Positions 1 through 12,530 of a DNA stretch of 64,000 bases are shown here, piece by piece (the stretch's first letter is position 1; each line of letters opens with the position of its first letter). The notes under the pieces were generated by a model. It saw only the letters and a list, made by a program, of their open reading frames with translations, was not told the DNA's origin and did no database searches. Origin of the DNA: Selaginella moellendorffii. Lineage: Eukaryota; Plantae; Lycopodiophyta. The stretch is taken from positions 3,046,559 through 3,110,558 of the forward strand of contig NW_003314268.1 of assembly GCF_000143415.4 (NCBI RefSeq), read 5' to 3'. The position numbers and the translations under genes are program-made.

Positions 1-129
1 CTGACATGATGGTGGTCATTCCAGTCAGCTTGGGTGGCTTTGTAACTCCAATCCACAGACTGCATCGAGGCCGTGGGACAAAGGCCGAGAAGGATTTGTG
101 ATGGGTGAAGGCTCTGAGTTATCTATTTA

Positions 130-521
130 TTCCATAATGTATAATTAAAATAAAAAGAAGTTAAATTATACATTAAAAATGAATTTTAAATCAAATTTAG
201 ACTTATTTTTATACATAGAAGAAAATTAAAAATGAATAACTTTTTTAATTATGATATTATAACTTATAAGCCACTAGCTATATGAGAGATTGGTTTATAT
301 TTATATTTATTAATATTATATAGCCTAGACTTGAGTAGTTTTTTTTTTTTAAAATATTTTGTTTAAAATATAAAAATTTTTACCAATGTATTACCATATG
401 GCTCTTGTAAGCTTGGGTTTAGATGGCATGGCTAATATTCACTATTCAATCCATTTCTCTGAAAACCATGGGATTGAATATTTGAATCAATGTTGTTTGA
501 CAGTCATCAAAAACATTTATC
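130..521 (-). pseudogene. Inverted, truncated copy of the upstream region and first codons of the B-lectin gene
   Basis: Reverse complement matches 8092-8350 and 22590-22825; minus-strand ATG at 173-171 followed by a frameshifted version of the signal-peptide codons; homology ends at ~130. Confidence 0.75.
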
Positions 522-626
522 AGATGTACTCTATTTCTTTAACTACAGCTCTAACTCTACAATATCTTTCTACTCCAAGATTGCCACTTGTGCAAGGAGT
601 ACTTCCAAGTTGATGCAACAAGCAGT

Positions 627-2090
627 CCATCTTCTATAAGCTAGAGATTGACATTTGAGGCCATGTGGACAATTAAAACTATTAAATATATCTATATTAG
701 AATAATTTTTGGGACAAAACCAACAGCTTTATTTATGAAGAGTATGGGAATTTTTGAGCATATGGTGCTAAAAGTGAATTCAAGGTTTTGTATGACATCC
801 CCACTAATTGAAAATAACATGGTTAAAACTTCATAAGAGGTGCGAACTAATTTTTGGTATGATTTTTACTTAGCTTTTTTTTTTCTACAGATCATTCTTC
901 AAAAGTATGAATTTGAAACTAATAGGCTACTACCATTAGAAAGTCTAAAGAAGATCTTAGGATCTTACTTTGCTACACCATAAATAACACAAAAATAAAT
1001 TTGTTTTGTGCCCTTACAATTTATAGCCTTAGAGTTATGGAAACAAAAAAAAAAAAAAAAAACAGGATCCTTAGCTTATGTTTAAAAAAAAACTAAAATC
1101 TTGTTAGCCATTGAATGCCAGTGATTACAAAATGTAGAGTTATGTTTGGTTTGGAAGAGGGATCTTTAATGCCAACACAAATAAAATTTGAATAATCTAA
1201 GTATGTTAAAACTATATAGTTTTTATTATGTTTTTTGTTTGCTTAAGCAGTGTAGAATAATTTTACTTCTCAGAAAATTTATATTATTGAGACTTGAGTA
1301 GTATAAGAATTCTAATTACAATGTTCAAGGCACTTTGTTTCTTTCTTTTTTCTTAAATATCACGTCTTTAGAGGTAGGATAGATGTACTAGATGGTATAT
1401 TCTGATTTTATGCGTTCTAATCATCTTCCCAGCCTCCAGGCCATGGAGCGCTTCACCAACCAGATGATCCTGCCAAGCGCGTCCACATAATTGACTATGG
1501 GGTCCTCTATGGCGATCAATGGCCATCGCTCATCATCATATATACATTCTTCCTATTGGGAGTTTGCTGAGGGAAGTTTACATTCTCTCTCACTACAATG
1601 TTTTTTGGTGGTGTTTCTATATAATTTTAGATATGGTTTCACATTAATTTCCAGAAGTATTTTCTGACAACAATAAAGCAATATAAATTTTAGTTGAAGA
1701 CATAGTAGAACTTTAAGAAAGGCTTGCCCATATTGTGGAGGTTACATTAATGCAAATTATATAGATCAAATTGTGAAGAGCATTAATAATGTTCCAAAAA
1801 CTTCATACTTGAAAGATCCATCTTGCAATTTTTGGTGAATAATATTAAATTTTTTGTTTACTTACATAGGCAAGTAAACACTTTCAACAATGGATGAGTT
1901 AAAGACATTGCAGCTTGATATTGGATAATATGGGCTTATAATAAACTGGGTAGATTTGATGGTTGGCTGTGACATGAATAATTTGATCAAACTATAATCT
2001 ATATGAATAATTATATAGCATATAACTCTAGAAAACTATTTGGATAACAATGTTTCAGTGAAAAATAAAAAACTATACACTATCTAGGCT
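627..2090 (+). mobile_element. 3' part of decayed AT-rich CACTA/EnSpm-like transposase region
   Basis: Homologous to 14399-15920, the continuation of the remnant described at 13245-15920. Confidence 0.45.
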
Positions 2091-2214
2091 ATAAGAAAAT
2101 TATGTGAAAAAGCCATATGAAAATGTATTAGTGCACTAGAGTAAAAATAACCATATAAAAATTTATACATAATGCTAAAATTATTTTTAAAAAACAACCG
2201 GCATGGGAAAAGCC

Positions 2215-2441
2215 GTGTTTGATCGCTTCGTGGAGTCTGGACAGTGGCTCCAGTGACTTGGCTTGTTACATCCTCATGGTCAAGCTCTATTGCAGTGCAG
2301 GCCTGTGGAAGGAGCAATCGCTCGTTTTGCAAACCATGGCAGCCAAGTTTGGCATTTCCTGGATTGTCAATGGACAAGCAAACAGGTGGCATTGTAGTGG
2401 CTACACTCGGCAGTGCAGCGTGGGAGTAGAGAGAAGATCGA
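2215..2441 (+). pseudogene. Fragment resembling the C-terminal E/E+ motif of a PLS-class PPR protein (copy 1)
   Basis: SDLACYILMVKLYCSAGLWKEQSLVLQTMAAKFGISWIVNG resembles the E-motif pattern YVLLSNIY..AG.W.E...V...M...PG.SWI; no PPR repeats upstream. Confidence 0.5.
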
Positions 2442-2539
2442 GCTCAAGAGACCGCGAAAAGATCTTTACATATACTTCTAGCACAGCTATCAAAAATTGG
2501 AAAACCTGAAAACACCGACATTTCTCAAGTGCTTATCGT

Positions 2540-3400
2540 TGGCTGGATCAATCTGATGGTTCTCCACCCAAACGAAACCATCTATTTCCAGGATTCCGTA
2601 ATACCAGTCATCCTTGTCACCGGCCTAGAAGACGATATGCTCATGATCCAAGTGACTAACTATTCTTACCATGATGGTCACTGGCGGTCTGTAGCTCTTC
2701 GGATGCGCTGCTGTCTCCAGGAGTTCCTGTATGGCGAACATAGCGGGCTGGTAAAGATTCTCGACTCCCGCGTTGCTTTTGAAATCCAACGTCACCTTGA
2801 GCCGCAGGCCACGAAGCGTGTAGCGTTTAGTGTACACGTATGGGAAGGTTTTCCGCGTCAACCAGGGTCACGTGTCTTTCTTGTCAGCCTCATACTGGAG
2901 CACAAAGTCCGCTTTTTTGTCAGATGGCGATGACGGGGGCTCCTTTTCAAGTTCGCGGGGCCTTGTAAAGCGGCCAAGGTTCCGTAGCATCCTGTCCAGT
3001 ATCGGTGCGACCTGCATCTCTCCTTTGCAATCACCTTGGAACGCAGTCGAGTAGGCCACATCGTTGGCGATGAGCTTGTTGACGCAATGAAGAGTTTCGC
3101 CTGAGATCTCCACGGCACCAAACCTAGGCATCTGATGCTTAAGCCATAGCGCATGCGAAAGTCGGCCTCTTTATGGAGGAATTGCGAAGAGTTGCTCCTC
3201 CTGCGCTCCAGCGATCATGAGCTGTCCAGAGTGACATGTCGAGCATGACCAGACAAGGCTGGGAGAGCTTACCGATTTCATGGACAGCTTGTTGAGGTGC
3301 CAGGACACCAAGCGGCAAAAGCTAATGGACCGTTAGGAATAGGGCAATCCTTACTCTACATTATGCCCTTACTTTGATCTGTTGCTTGGTGCTGGATGGT
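2540..3400 (-). pseudogene. Spliced gene remnant of unknown function (copy 1)
   Basis: Coding-like minus-strand frames (MPRFGAVEISGETLHCVNKLIANDVAYSTAF...; YVYTKRYTLRGLRLKVTLDF...; DDWYYGILEIDGFVWVENHQ) with two ~50-bp GT-AG introns at the 5' end; in-frame stops and indels. Confidence 0.55.
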
Positions 3401-4115
3401 TTTGGTCGCGCTAATTGGAGAGCGCGATGGTGCCTAGCAGAAGAAATCCAACGCAATATCAGTGCACATTAAGAGGAAATGATTTCACCGTGATCTTTCA
3501 TGAGTTTTGTTTCCTAATTGAGGGGAATATAAAAGTGTTCGACAAGATGAAATTACGGGGCTCTTTTGGACTGTGGAAGAGACAGGTAGTGCTATACCTG
3601 AATTGGAGAACCATATTGAAGTGGCTGATGCTCCAATTCTAGCTGCTACTTGCTTGAGTAGCAGCTGGAGAATAGGCTTCCAGACTTTCCAACCTTGAAG
3701 TTCTGGAGAGAAGCATGGCTATCCACCCACTCATTTAAATTGGTGCATATTTTATAAAGTGTGCAAATTATTAATTTTCAGAGATGTTTCCTTGACAGTT
3801 TAATAGGGGGAAGTGTATCACATAATTGTTTACCTGAAATCCCATTCAAATATTTATCAATCAGTTCTTTCAGACATTCTCTTCTACTAATGTCAAGATA
3901 CAGAAATATTCTGTTGATATTGAGATCCAAGTAATTCACAAATCTATATCTTGAAACCGAAGTGTTCGGTTTTCAAATACATTTGTATAAGTCAACTCAA
4001 CTAGAATGCCTTTGAGCTGCTATCTCCGAGAGAAGTTCCACTTTATATTCAGTAATTCTTAAACAGCCAATATAAAACCTTGCAAGAACCCTAATTTCTG
4101 GTGGTTATTTGGGCA

Positions 4116-5249
4116 ATGGCGGCATCTGGCGGTGATGCGCCGTGGCGTGGCGGAAATCCGTGGCGCCATCGAATGCTCGAAATGGATTCTTGGAAGCTCG
4201 ATCGAGATTGAATGCGGGCACATTCCGGCAACAGCAGCAGCAGCAGCGAGGATGATAACGGCAGCTACATGACTGTTCACAGAGAGCGGAAGCCGATGTT
4301 GAGATTGCGTGGTATAGGGTTCTTGCCTCCTGATTTTCTTGTTTCCTCGCAGCTGGCTCTGTGGAATTCAATTCCAATCTCAGCATTGTCTTGTATCCCG
4401 ATCCCAAGCTCCCGCGAGGAACATCCGCATCAATTCCTTCGATGATAATGTCAAGAAGCTTATGCTGGACGTGACGTACAGGTATGTTCCTCGCGAATTT
4501 CATCACTGTCCAACGTTGGCATGCCTTGTTTTCTTGTCTTTCTTTTCATTTTTGCCAGGAGAGATGGAATAGGCTTGTTGACTCCACAATTAGGCGTCAA
4601 TGCCAGGCTCATGGTCTTTAATCCCGAGGGCGAAAGAGGCAAAGGCAAAAGGTACGTTTTCGTGAATCCAACGATTGTCAAGTTTGGGAAAGAGCGAGAA
4701 GCTGATACTCTCGAAGGATGCCTACCTTTTTATGGCGCTCAAGCCGATGTCTAGGTACTATTCCTTTGTACATAGAGATTCTCTTTTATAGTTTGCGTCT
4801 TTGTTTCCAGAGACCGATATCGATCCGAGTTGAAATCTCAAGACATCAACGGGAAGAAATATGGTAGCTGGACTGCTCGAATTTTCCGACATGAGTATGA
4901 TCACCTGGAGGTAATGTCTCGTTTGTTTTCTTTCTGTGCAAACATCAAGGTGGCCGTGGTATTTGTTCGCACAGGGTGTCCTTTACATCGACCAGATGAC
5001 TCCAAGATCACTGAACTCAATTGGACAAGAACTTTTGGTACTTTGCCTGTAGAGATTCCATAGTTGTGTGTGCCCTCATGTCGGCTTTGTTTGCAGAATC
5101 TGGAAGAGGAGTTTGAGAAGAGGTCTGGGACGCCTCCTCCCGATGCGTTTAAAGACAAACTGTTAAGTTTGATTCCGCTCGTCTCCTGCGAAGATGCTCG
5201 GTTCGATTACGCGCTCCGTTTTCAACTTACCGGAAATTTCAGCTGGTGA
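4116..5249 (+). pseudogene. PDF1B: Peptide deformylase (plastid PDF1B-type) pseudogene, copy 1
   Basis: YPDPKL, motif 1 GIGLLTPQ, motif 2 EGCLP, motif 3 HEYDH, PDF1B-like exon layout; ADV*RP nonsense (TAG 4752-4754) and frameshifts. Confidence 0.88.
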
Positions 5250-5979
5250 AGAACAATAAGCCTAAAAGCGAATCCAACCGAGCGGTGAGTGCCTTGCTTT
5301 TATTTCCATCGTAGAAGATGGCTGGAAGCTGAACCTTTTCTCCTTTTCTTTTCTTGTGTGATATTTTTTCAGAGTTGCTGTCGACGATCCCGTGCCACAC
5401 GACCATCTGAAAACGATATGGCCGACCTTCATATCATCCTGGTTAACGCTGAGAAGAGAATCAGAGCACTGACTGCCTCCAAAACTACATCGGTGAAAAG
5501 GCCAGAAGAAGTGCGAGTCTTCCGGGCGAGGAAGTGGTCCGAGTCTTCCGGATGTTTATCACGAAGGCGCGAAAATGAGGATATGTCCGGGAAAGCAGGT
5601 GTATCAACACAGGGAAGGCCAAGTTGCGACTCAGGAATTCAAACGCAACAACAGAGGTGGCAGCGAAAGTTCCGAAAGATCAGCGTCCGGAATCGGGAGA
5701 AGCAACTAGACGACGGCCAGGACGTTGAGATCGGCGTGGAAGGCTAGCAGGCAAAGTACACAGTGTGGGCGCTAATCTCGTGTTTTTGCAAAAACTTGCA
5801 GGAGGATACGTGCGGGATTGAAGTTTCCGCGGTTTCTGGGTTGTTTCCAGAAGACTTAGCACTCTATAAAATCCTCTTTTTGATGAGGAGTTGTGGTAAG
5901 TCAGAATTTCATGTTTTAAAGCTATCCTCTTATTCTTCTCTTCGCTCTTGAACTTCGACATTGTCAGGCTATTTCCAGT

Positions 5980-7715
5980 ATGGGCACTCGTGTCGCAGAT
6001 GATAGATGCTATCTCGTAGCACACTATACGAGCGTGTGGTCGTACCTGTGGCCTCACATCTCGCATTCTTTGGACGTCGGGAGTGTGAACTTGGATTGGA
6101 GAGCGAGATTTTCTCTGTTTATGCTCTGGAGCGTGAGGTCTATCTCTCAACCGCTGAAGCACTTTGGAAGATGGGTGGAGAAGGCAATTAACATTTGTGC
6201 ATCCAATGGAGGAATTCTCAGGACCTTGTATACTCTTTCGATGGATCCACAAGGTAACTAGAATTGATTTCACAGTGTTGACTTTTAATTGTGTGCTGTT
6301 CTTCCAGCGCTTGTTGATCCTTCCGAGGATTCGGAGAGCTACCTAACTTTCAACGGCCACATGGAACCAAGAATCAGGCTCCTCCAAGCCCCTTCGTCTC
6401 AGCGTCTGTGTCTTTCATGTCCAGACTCCAAAGCGGTAGCAGATGTTTGTGCTATGGCGTCTAAGGTTGCGTATGAGAACCCGAAGTTCATCGAATTTGT
6501 CGTGAATCAAAATTGGAAGGTAAGTCCAAGCCTTGCACAACCTCTGACTCCATCAGCTTCTCCTTTGCAGATGCATCTACTAGGAACTTACAACTGTTGG
6601 AACGGTAAGAGGTCGCTATCCAGTTTCATCTGACGTTGCCCTCACCCTTTCATGCGACAGAGTTTCAGAAAAATAACTCGACTCAAGCATTCATGTTCGC
6701 GGACCGGGAAACTGATGCCGGAGCCATCGTTCTTGCCTTCCGGGGAACGGAAGCCTTCAATGCATACGACTGGTGCACAGACTTGGATTTCTCCTGGTAC
6801 GAGCTCCCGCAGCTCGGCCGTGTCCATCTCGGATTCCTCGAAGCACTGGGCTTGGGCGACAGGACCAGGATGCAAAGCTTCCAGAGGTTGAAGCAGAACA
6901 TCTACGAGAACTCGAGGACTCCGTTGCCACAGACTCCAACATCTGGATTACCCGACTTTGTCCTCAGCGATGAGACGAAGCTGCTCGCATACGACCACAT
7001 CAGTGCGGAGCTCGTCACCATCCTCCGGAAACACAGAAACGCAAAGCTCTACATCACCGGTCACAGCCTCGGCGGCGCTCTGGCGACGCTCTTCACCGCC
7101 ATGCTCTTCTACAACCGGGAAGAGAATCGAGTCTTTTACAACACCGAGGACGACGTTGCCAGGAGGCTCGCGGCGCTCTATACGTTTGGCCAGCCCCGCG
7201 TTGGGGACAAGAGCTTTGCGTCCTTCATGGACACCAGCTTAAACAAGCCAACCATGAGGTACTTTAGAGTTGTCTACAATAACGACATGGTAGCTCGAGT
7301 TCCCTTCGACAACTCTCTGTTTGGCTTCAAGCATTTCGGGAATTCCTGCTACTTCACTTACAACTACACCCTCCAGGTACTTTACTCCGAGACACTGCTC
7401 TCTGTGTAGGATCCATATTAACTTTCTATGCAGATCCTTCCGGACGAGCCATTTCCCAATTTCTTCTCCCCGCTTTACATGGTGCTGTCCCGGCTTTACG
7501 CGCTGTTCGAGCTCGTCCAGAGCTTCTTCATGAGCTATAGATATGGCGGGGAGTTTAGCGAGACGAGGTTGTCCACTGTGGCAAGGATTGCAGGCTTGCT
7601 CGTGCCTGGGATCGCCGGCCACAGCTTGGTGAATTACATCAACTGCGTCAGGCTGGGGCCCGACCATCTCGATCCGGCGTGCCTGCAAAACACGGAGTGG
7701 GATAAATCCCAGTAA
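5980..7715 (+). CDS. Class-3 triacylglycerol lipase, OBL1/oil-body-lipase-like; intact, 505 aa. Exons 5980-6253, 6308-6519, 6571-6604, 6661-7376, 7434-7715
   Basis: In-frame splicing over 51-57 bp GT-AG introns; AFRGTE, DWCTD, VHLGF, GHSLGG nucleophile elbow, TFGQPRVGD, NNDMVARVP (Asp) and GHSLVNY (His). Confidence 0.9.
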
Positions 7716-8355
7716 GCATCGCAACTTCGTACATGTCAAATAAAACTTACACATGGTGTCATTCAGAAAATATAAAAAATGAACACAATTACATTGCCTT
7801 CAGAACTGAATGCACAATGGAATTCTCTGTATGGAGACAGGGCTATTACTGGTGAAAATGCAAGCATGGAATGAAATTATGCAATTTATCCTTACCACCC
7901 AGAAAGGAACCATAGACAAAGCACTGATGATCGAATCTATCCACCTCGACTATGAGTTCCACAAAAGATGGTGGCATGACTGTGTGGCTTGTTGCAATCA
8001 GATGTCCTCTATTTCTTTAACTACAGCTCTAACTCTACAATATCTTTCCACTCCAAGATTGCCACTTGTGCAAGGAGTGCTTCCAAGTTGAAAATGTTCT
8101 TAATGACTAGCAAACAACATTGATTCAAACATTCAATCCCATGGTTTTCAGAGAAATGGATTAAATAGTGAACATTAGCCATGCCATCTAAACCCAAGCT
8201 TCCAAGAGGCATGTGGTAATACATTGGTAAAAGCTTTTATATTTTAAACAAATATAGTACTCAAGTCTAGGCTATATAATATTAATATATATAAAGATAA
8301 ATTAATCTCTCATATAGCTAGTGATTAAAAAATTTAAATATTTTTTATTTTCTTC

Positions 8356-8531
8356 TGTGAGTGCTTGGAATATGGAAAGGGAATACAGAAATGTGCATTT
8401 CAATTAGCCTAAAAACCCTAGCTTATATACAGGAGCTAGTGGTCCAGATTGAAACCAATTCTGACGGCTACCAAAATCCCACTACGCTAATATTAGTATA
8501 CAGCATCATAACTGTACACTTGGCCCTCACA
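8356..8531 (-). mobile_element. 176-bp solo LTR, specific to copy 1
   Basis: TGTGAG...CTCACA termini, CTTC target duplication, absent at the homologous sites in copies 2 and 3; TATATAA on the minus strand. Confidence 0.8.
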
Positions 8532-8578
8532 CTTCTATATATAAATAATCTTTAAATTTTATTTAAAATTAATTTTTA

Positions 8579-9472
8579 ATGTCTATACTTTTAGTTCTTT
8601 TTATTTTAGCTATACATTGTAGAATTGTATTTGGTAAAATAGATATAGATTGGGGTAAAAATAATTCACTTACTGAGGAAGATATTAATATAATTTTACA
8701 CAATATAAAAAGACTTGCACTAAAATTACATGAATCTCATCTTTATCCACAAAATTATATTGATACTGATTTAATAGATATTGATGGAAGTGGTGTTGTT
8801 ATAAAACTTTAATGTTTAACTAGAAGTACTCCATATTGTTCTACAGGAGTTTCAACTGGAAAACCAGTTTTAGATGATTTTTGCCAAAAATTAATAAATG
8901 AAATAATTAGAAAGTTAATAAATGATTTATTGCAAGCATTTTCTAGTGAATCTAATAATTATCTTATTTGATATATATTAGTAACTCATTGGAAACCCTT
9001 AAATTATTTAGAAAATATAAATATTGTTTTCAAATATTTTGAAAATTGTGATATTACTTTGACTACTTTAAGTGCTGGTTTCTTTGATCATATTTTATAT
9101 AAATTTTTATATAAAAAATTTAATTTTATATAAATTTTTACAATCCCCAAATCGTATGAATATACTATATATCAAAATGAATTGTAAACTTGCATTTTTT
9201 CTGGAAAAACTAATTTATGGGAATCTCCAAATAATGAATATTTTGGAGAGTGTTTTTTAGATCTGCAAAATGATGGAAATTTAGTGTTTTACACTTCTAA
9301 ACTAAATGTATTATAGTCTCCCAATACGTATTGTTATGAGAAACCAAACTGTTTACTTTTAACTTATATTACAGTTGAAGATAATTGTAAACTGGTGAGT
9401 TACTTGACAACATATCCAAGCAGAGATTGGTGGACATTATATTATTCTAAACATATTGGCTGCTTAAGCTAG
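8579..9472 (+). pseudogene. Secreted B-lectin-domain protein, copy 1 (disrupted)
   Basis: Homologue of 22780-23661 with TAA at 8810-8812, TGA at 8969-8971, further stops and frameshifts. Confidence 0.88.
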
Positions 9473-9705
9473 AATTGTCTTACTGAATAGAAAATAATTT
9501 GCTCTTACAAGAATTGAAGAATCCGTCCTCTTCATTCCTCTTGACCTTCAGAACTAGCAGCCAAGGGGGACATAACTAGAAATCATGTGGGGTTGCCTGC
9601 GCAAGTTCGAATCCAACCTTGATTTTCTTCATTTTCTTTTAATCACCTTACTTTGTTTATGCATTTTGTACAAGTAAAACACACAAAAGTAAAGAGACCA
9701 AAGTA

Positions 9706-10204
9706 ACTGGTCCACATTGTCCTTAGTTTCTTCATCATCTTCAAACACTTTGTCGTTCCCCTTGGCATCGTCCATCAGATCATCCCACATCTCCTCGCTA
9801 TCTTCCTGGATCTCATGCTTGATTATCACTTTCCTCCCCACCAAGTTCGTCTCCACCACCGCCACCTCTTGTATCCTCGTCATGCCACTCGATGTTCCTC
9901 CTCCTCCTCCTGCTGCCACTGTCTTCTTTCTCTTGGCTCGCGGCACCGCTGTGGATGCCGGCCTTGAATTTCCTCCTCCTCCTCCCAGCCTCATCTTTCC
10001 CTTCCTAGGCCCCTGGACCAAATGCTCCGGATCACTGCCATCGCTAAACTCGTCACTGCCATTGTGCTCCACCATCTCCTCCTTGACATGCTCCCTCTTG
10101 AGATGGAGGTTGAGCTTGTACTTGTAGAAGTAGTGCTTGTCACAACCTTTGTGAGGGCTTGTGAATGGTCGACTGCTGCCAGTTGCTGCTGCTGGTTAGA
10201 GAAA
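9706..10204 (-). pseudogene. 3' fragment of a plant YY1-like C2H2 zinc-finger gene, copy 1
   Basis: RPFTSPHKGCDKHYFYKYKLNLHLKREH (first Cys lost) followed by an acidic tail with EDSEE and EDDEET, as in the last finger and tail of plant YY1. Confidence 0.7.
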
Positions 10205-10889
10205 NNNNNNNNNNNNNNNNNNNNNNNNNNNNNNNNNNNNNNNNNNNNNNNNNNNNNNNNNNNNNNNNNNNNNNNNNNNNNNNNNNNNNNNNNNNNNNNN
10301 NNNNNNNNNNNNNNNNNNNNNNNNNNNNNNNNNNNNNNNNNNNNNNNNNNNNNNNNNNNNNNNNNNNNNNNNNNNNNNNNNNNNNNNNNNNNNNNNNNNN
10401 NNNNNNNNNNNNNNNNNNNNNNNNNNNNNNNNNNNNNNNNNNNNNNNNNNNNNNNNNNNNNNNNNNNNNNNNNNNNNNNNNNNNNNNNNNNNNNNNNNNN
10501 NNNNNNNNNNNNNNNNNNNNNNNNNNNNNNNNNNNNNNNNNNNNNNNNNNNNNNNNNNNNNNNNNNNNNNNNNNNNNNNNNNNNNNNNNNNNNNNNNNNN
10601 NNNNNNNNNNNNNNNNNNNNNNNNNNNNNNNNNNNNNNNNNNNNNNNNNNNNNNNNNNNNNNNNNNNNNNNNNNNNNNNNNNNNNNNNNNNNNNNNNNNN
10701 NNNNNNNNNNNNNNNNNNNNNNNNNNNNNNNNNNNNNNNNNNNNNNNNNNNNNNNNNNNNNNNNNNNNNNNNNNNNNNNNNNNNNNNNNNNNNNNNNNNN
10801 NNNNNNNNNNNNNNNNNNNNNNNNNNNNNNNNNNNNNNNNNNNNNNNNNNNNNNNNNNNNNNNNNNNNNNNNNNNNNNNNNNNNNNNNN
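10205..10889. other. Assembly gap (685 N)
   Basis: Run of N. Confidence 1.
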
Positions 10890-11751
10890 AGAAGGGAGGA
10901 AAAAATCCACTGGCATCAAGTCTTCGTAATTTTTGCAAGTGTGGTGCAAGTTCTAGTGGCATTTTGCTCAACCAATGTGATGTCTAACTTGCTTAAGATG
11001 GTTGATTCATATTCTCTCTAATGGGTTTAATGAAAACTAAACCAAATAAAAGGAGAGAACCACCATAAATGGTTTAATAAGTTTTTAAGTTGGAGAGACT
11101 ATGCTCCTTAGAGGATGGATAAGATATAGTGAGCCTTTAGTGTGAAACTGTTGACAAATATTAGCTGGGTATCAAGGATGAAAAAAATTGGTAATCCATG
11201 ATGAGTTTACTTTATAAAATGGTTTATCATTCATAAGAACATCAAATTTTGTATATGGGTGGTGGAGTTGTGAGACACAAATCTCTAAGCCCCAAAGTTA
11301 GGTAGAAAGGGTGCTATATAGTAGTGGTTGAAGCAGTAGTTCAACAAGCATAACATGTATGGACTAAAGGTTTTGAATTGGAAAGTCGAAAGTGGGAGTG
11401 GAACTCCAAACGAAGTGTTTGAGGGATGAGTACAAAGCAATCGATGAATGAGTTTTTTAAAAGGGATATAAAAAAGACTCACACATGGCAAGTGTTGTGA
11501 TACATAGAAGTGTCAGAAATGAGTCTGAAAAGGAATCCAAGAAGGAGTCTAAGAAGGAGTTTGAGAAAGACTCGAAATGGAGTTCGAGATGGACCCAAGG
11601 TGAAGTCCGAGATGGACCCCAAATGGAGTCTAAAATGGACCCCAGATGGAGTCTGAGATGGACCCAAGATAGAGTCTGAGATGGACCCAAAATGGAGTCT
11701 AAAATGGACTTGAGATCGAATTCAAGATAGACCCTAGATTAAGTCATAGAT

Positions 11752-12049
11752 TGTAGCGCATGTGATTATGAGATGAAATTTGAATATACTGTCACCATGG
11801 ATCCTTAAAACCTTGGGGGATACATGGGGATAAAATAGGCATTAAAGGCTCTCTCATCAAGCAATTGCCCCTTTTCTAGTTAGCTTAAGGGGAGAGAGAT
11901 AAGGTGCGCTACGTGTGGTATCGAAGCAAATGAGGGTGAGTGTAGTGCATATGATCATAGGATGAGATTTAGATATATTATCATTGTGAATCCTTAAAAC
12001 CTTAGGGGATAAATGGGGATAAATAAGGAGAGAGATAAGGTGCACTACA
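11752..12049 (+). mobile_element. TRIM (terminal-repeat retrotransposon in miniature), 298 bp
   Basis: LTR1 11752-11913, PBS TGGTATCGAAGC 11916-11927, purine tract AAATGAGGGTGAG 11928-11940, LTR2 11941-12049, perfect TAGAT TSD on both sides. Confidence 0.9.
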
Positions 12050-12530
12050 TAGATGGACCTGAGATGGAGTTTGAGGTTGAGTTTGAGATGGACCTGAGAT
12101 GGAGTACAAGGTCAAGGCCAAAAAAGATATTGAGACCAAGTTTGAGTTCAAGTCTGAGTCCAAATCCAAGTCCAAGTCCGATAGTGAAAGCCCAAAGCAT
12201 TTGTCTCCCCAACCCTAGAGGGTTTGATAAGCTCTAAAAGTATAGTAAGGGGGAAGACTCCAATGGAGCCAGTTTGGCCAAGAAAGACCAATATGATCAA
12301 GGAAGGTTATACTTATGTGTTGGGTGTTGATATAATTACTAAGGACTTCAAGGCTAAAATAAATACAAATAAACAAGTAGGGTAACTTGATGAAATGTTC
12401 AAGAGCCAACATTAGCTCTCCTAAGAGATTAAATGGTCGCTACTCCCAATTCAAGTGTGGGTAGCACTACCTACTTGGATACTTGGCATGGCTCATTAGA
12501 ACCTCGCTCTAACCACATGGCTAGAGCACC

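Noticed and set aside
2129-2138. TAGTG-CACTA palindrome (also at 15961) as a head-to-tail CACTA terminus junction
   Set aside because: The two sides do not match beyond 5 bp and there are no subterminal repeats or TSD; insufficient support.
4116-5249. Functional or bacterially derived peptide deformylase
   Set aside because: It has spliceosomal introns and a plant PDF1B layout; all copies share a nonsense codon and have frameshifts.
5680-7754. Antisense ORFs of 171-197 aa over the lipase, repeated in each copy
   Set aside because: Shadow frames of a GC-rich coding sequence; their conservation merely reflects the duplication.
10205-10889. Hidden insertion in the gap (685 N versus ~160 bp in copies 2 and 3)
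   Set aside because: Gap sizes are estimates; nothing can be concluded without reads.
9991-10987. 254-326 aa ORFs here and the 215-aa ORF at 39122-39769
   Set aside because: Artefacts of translating through N gaps.
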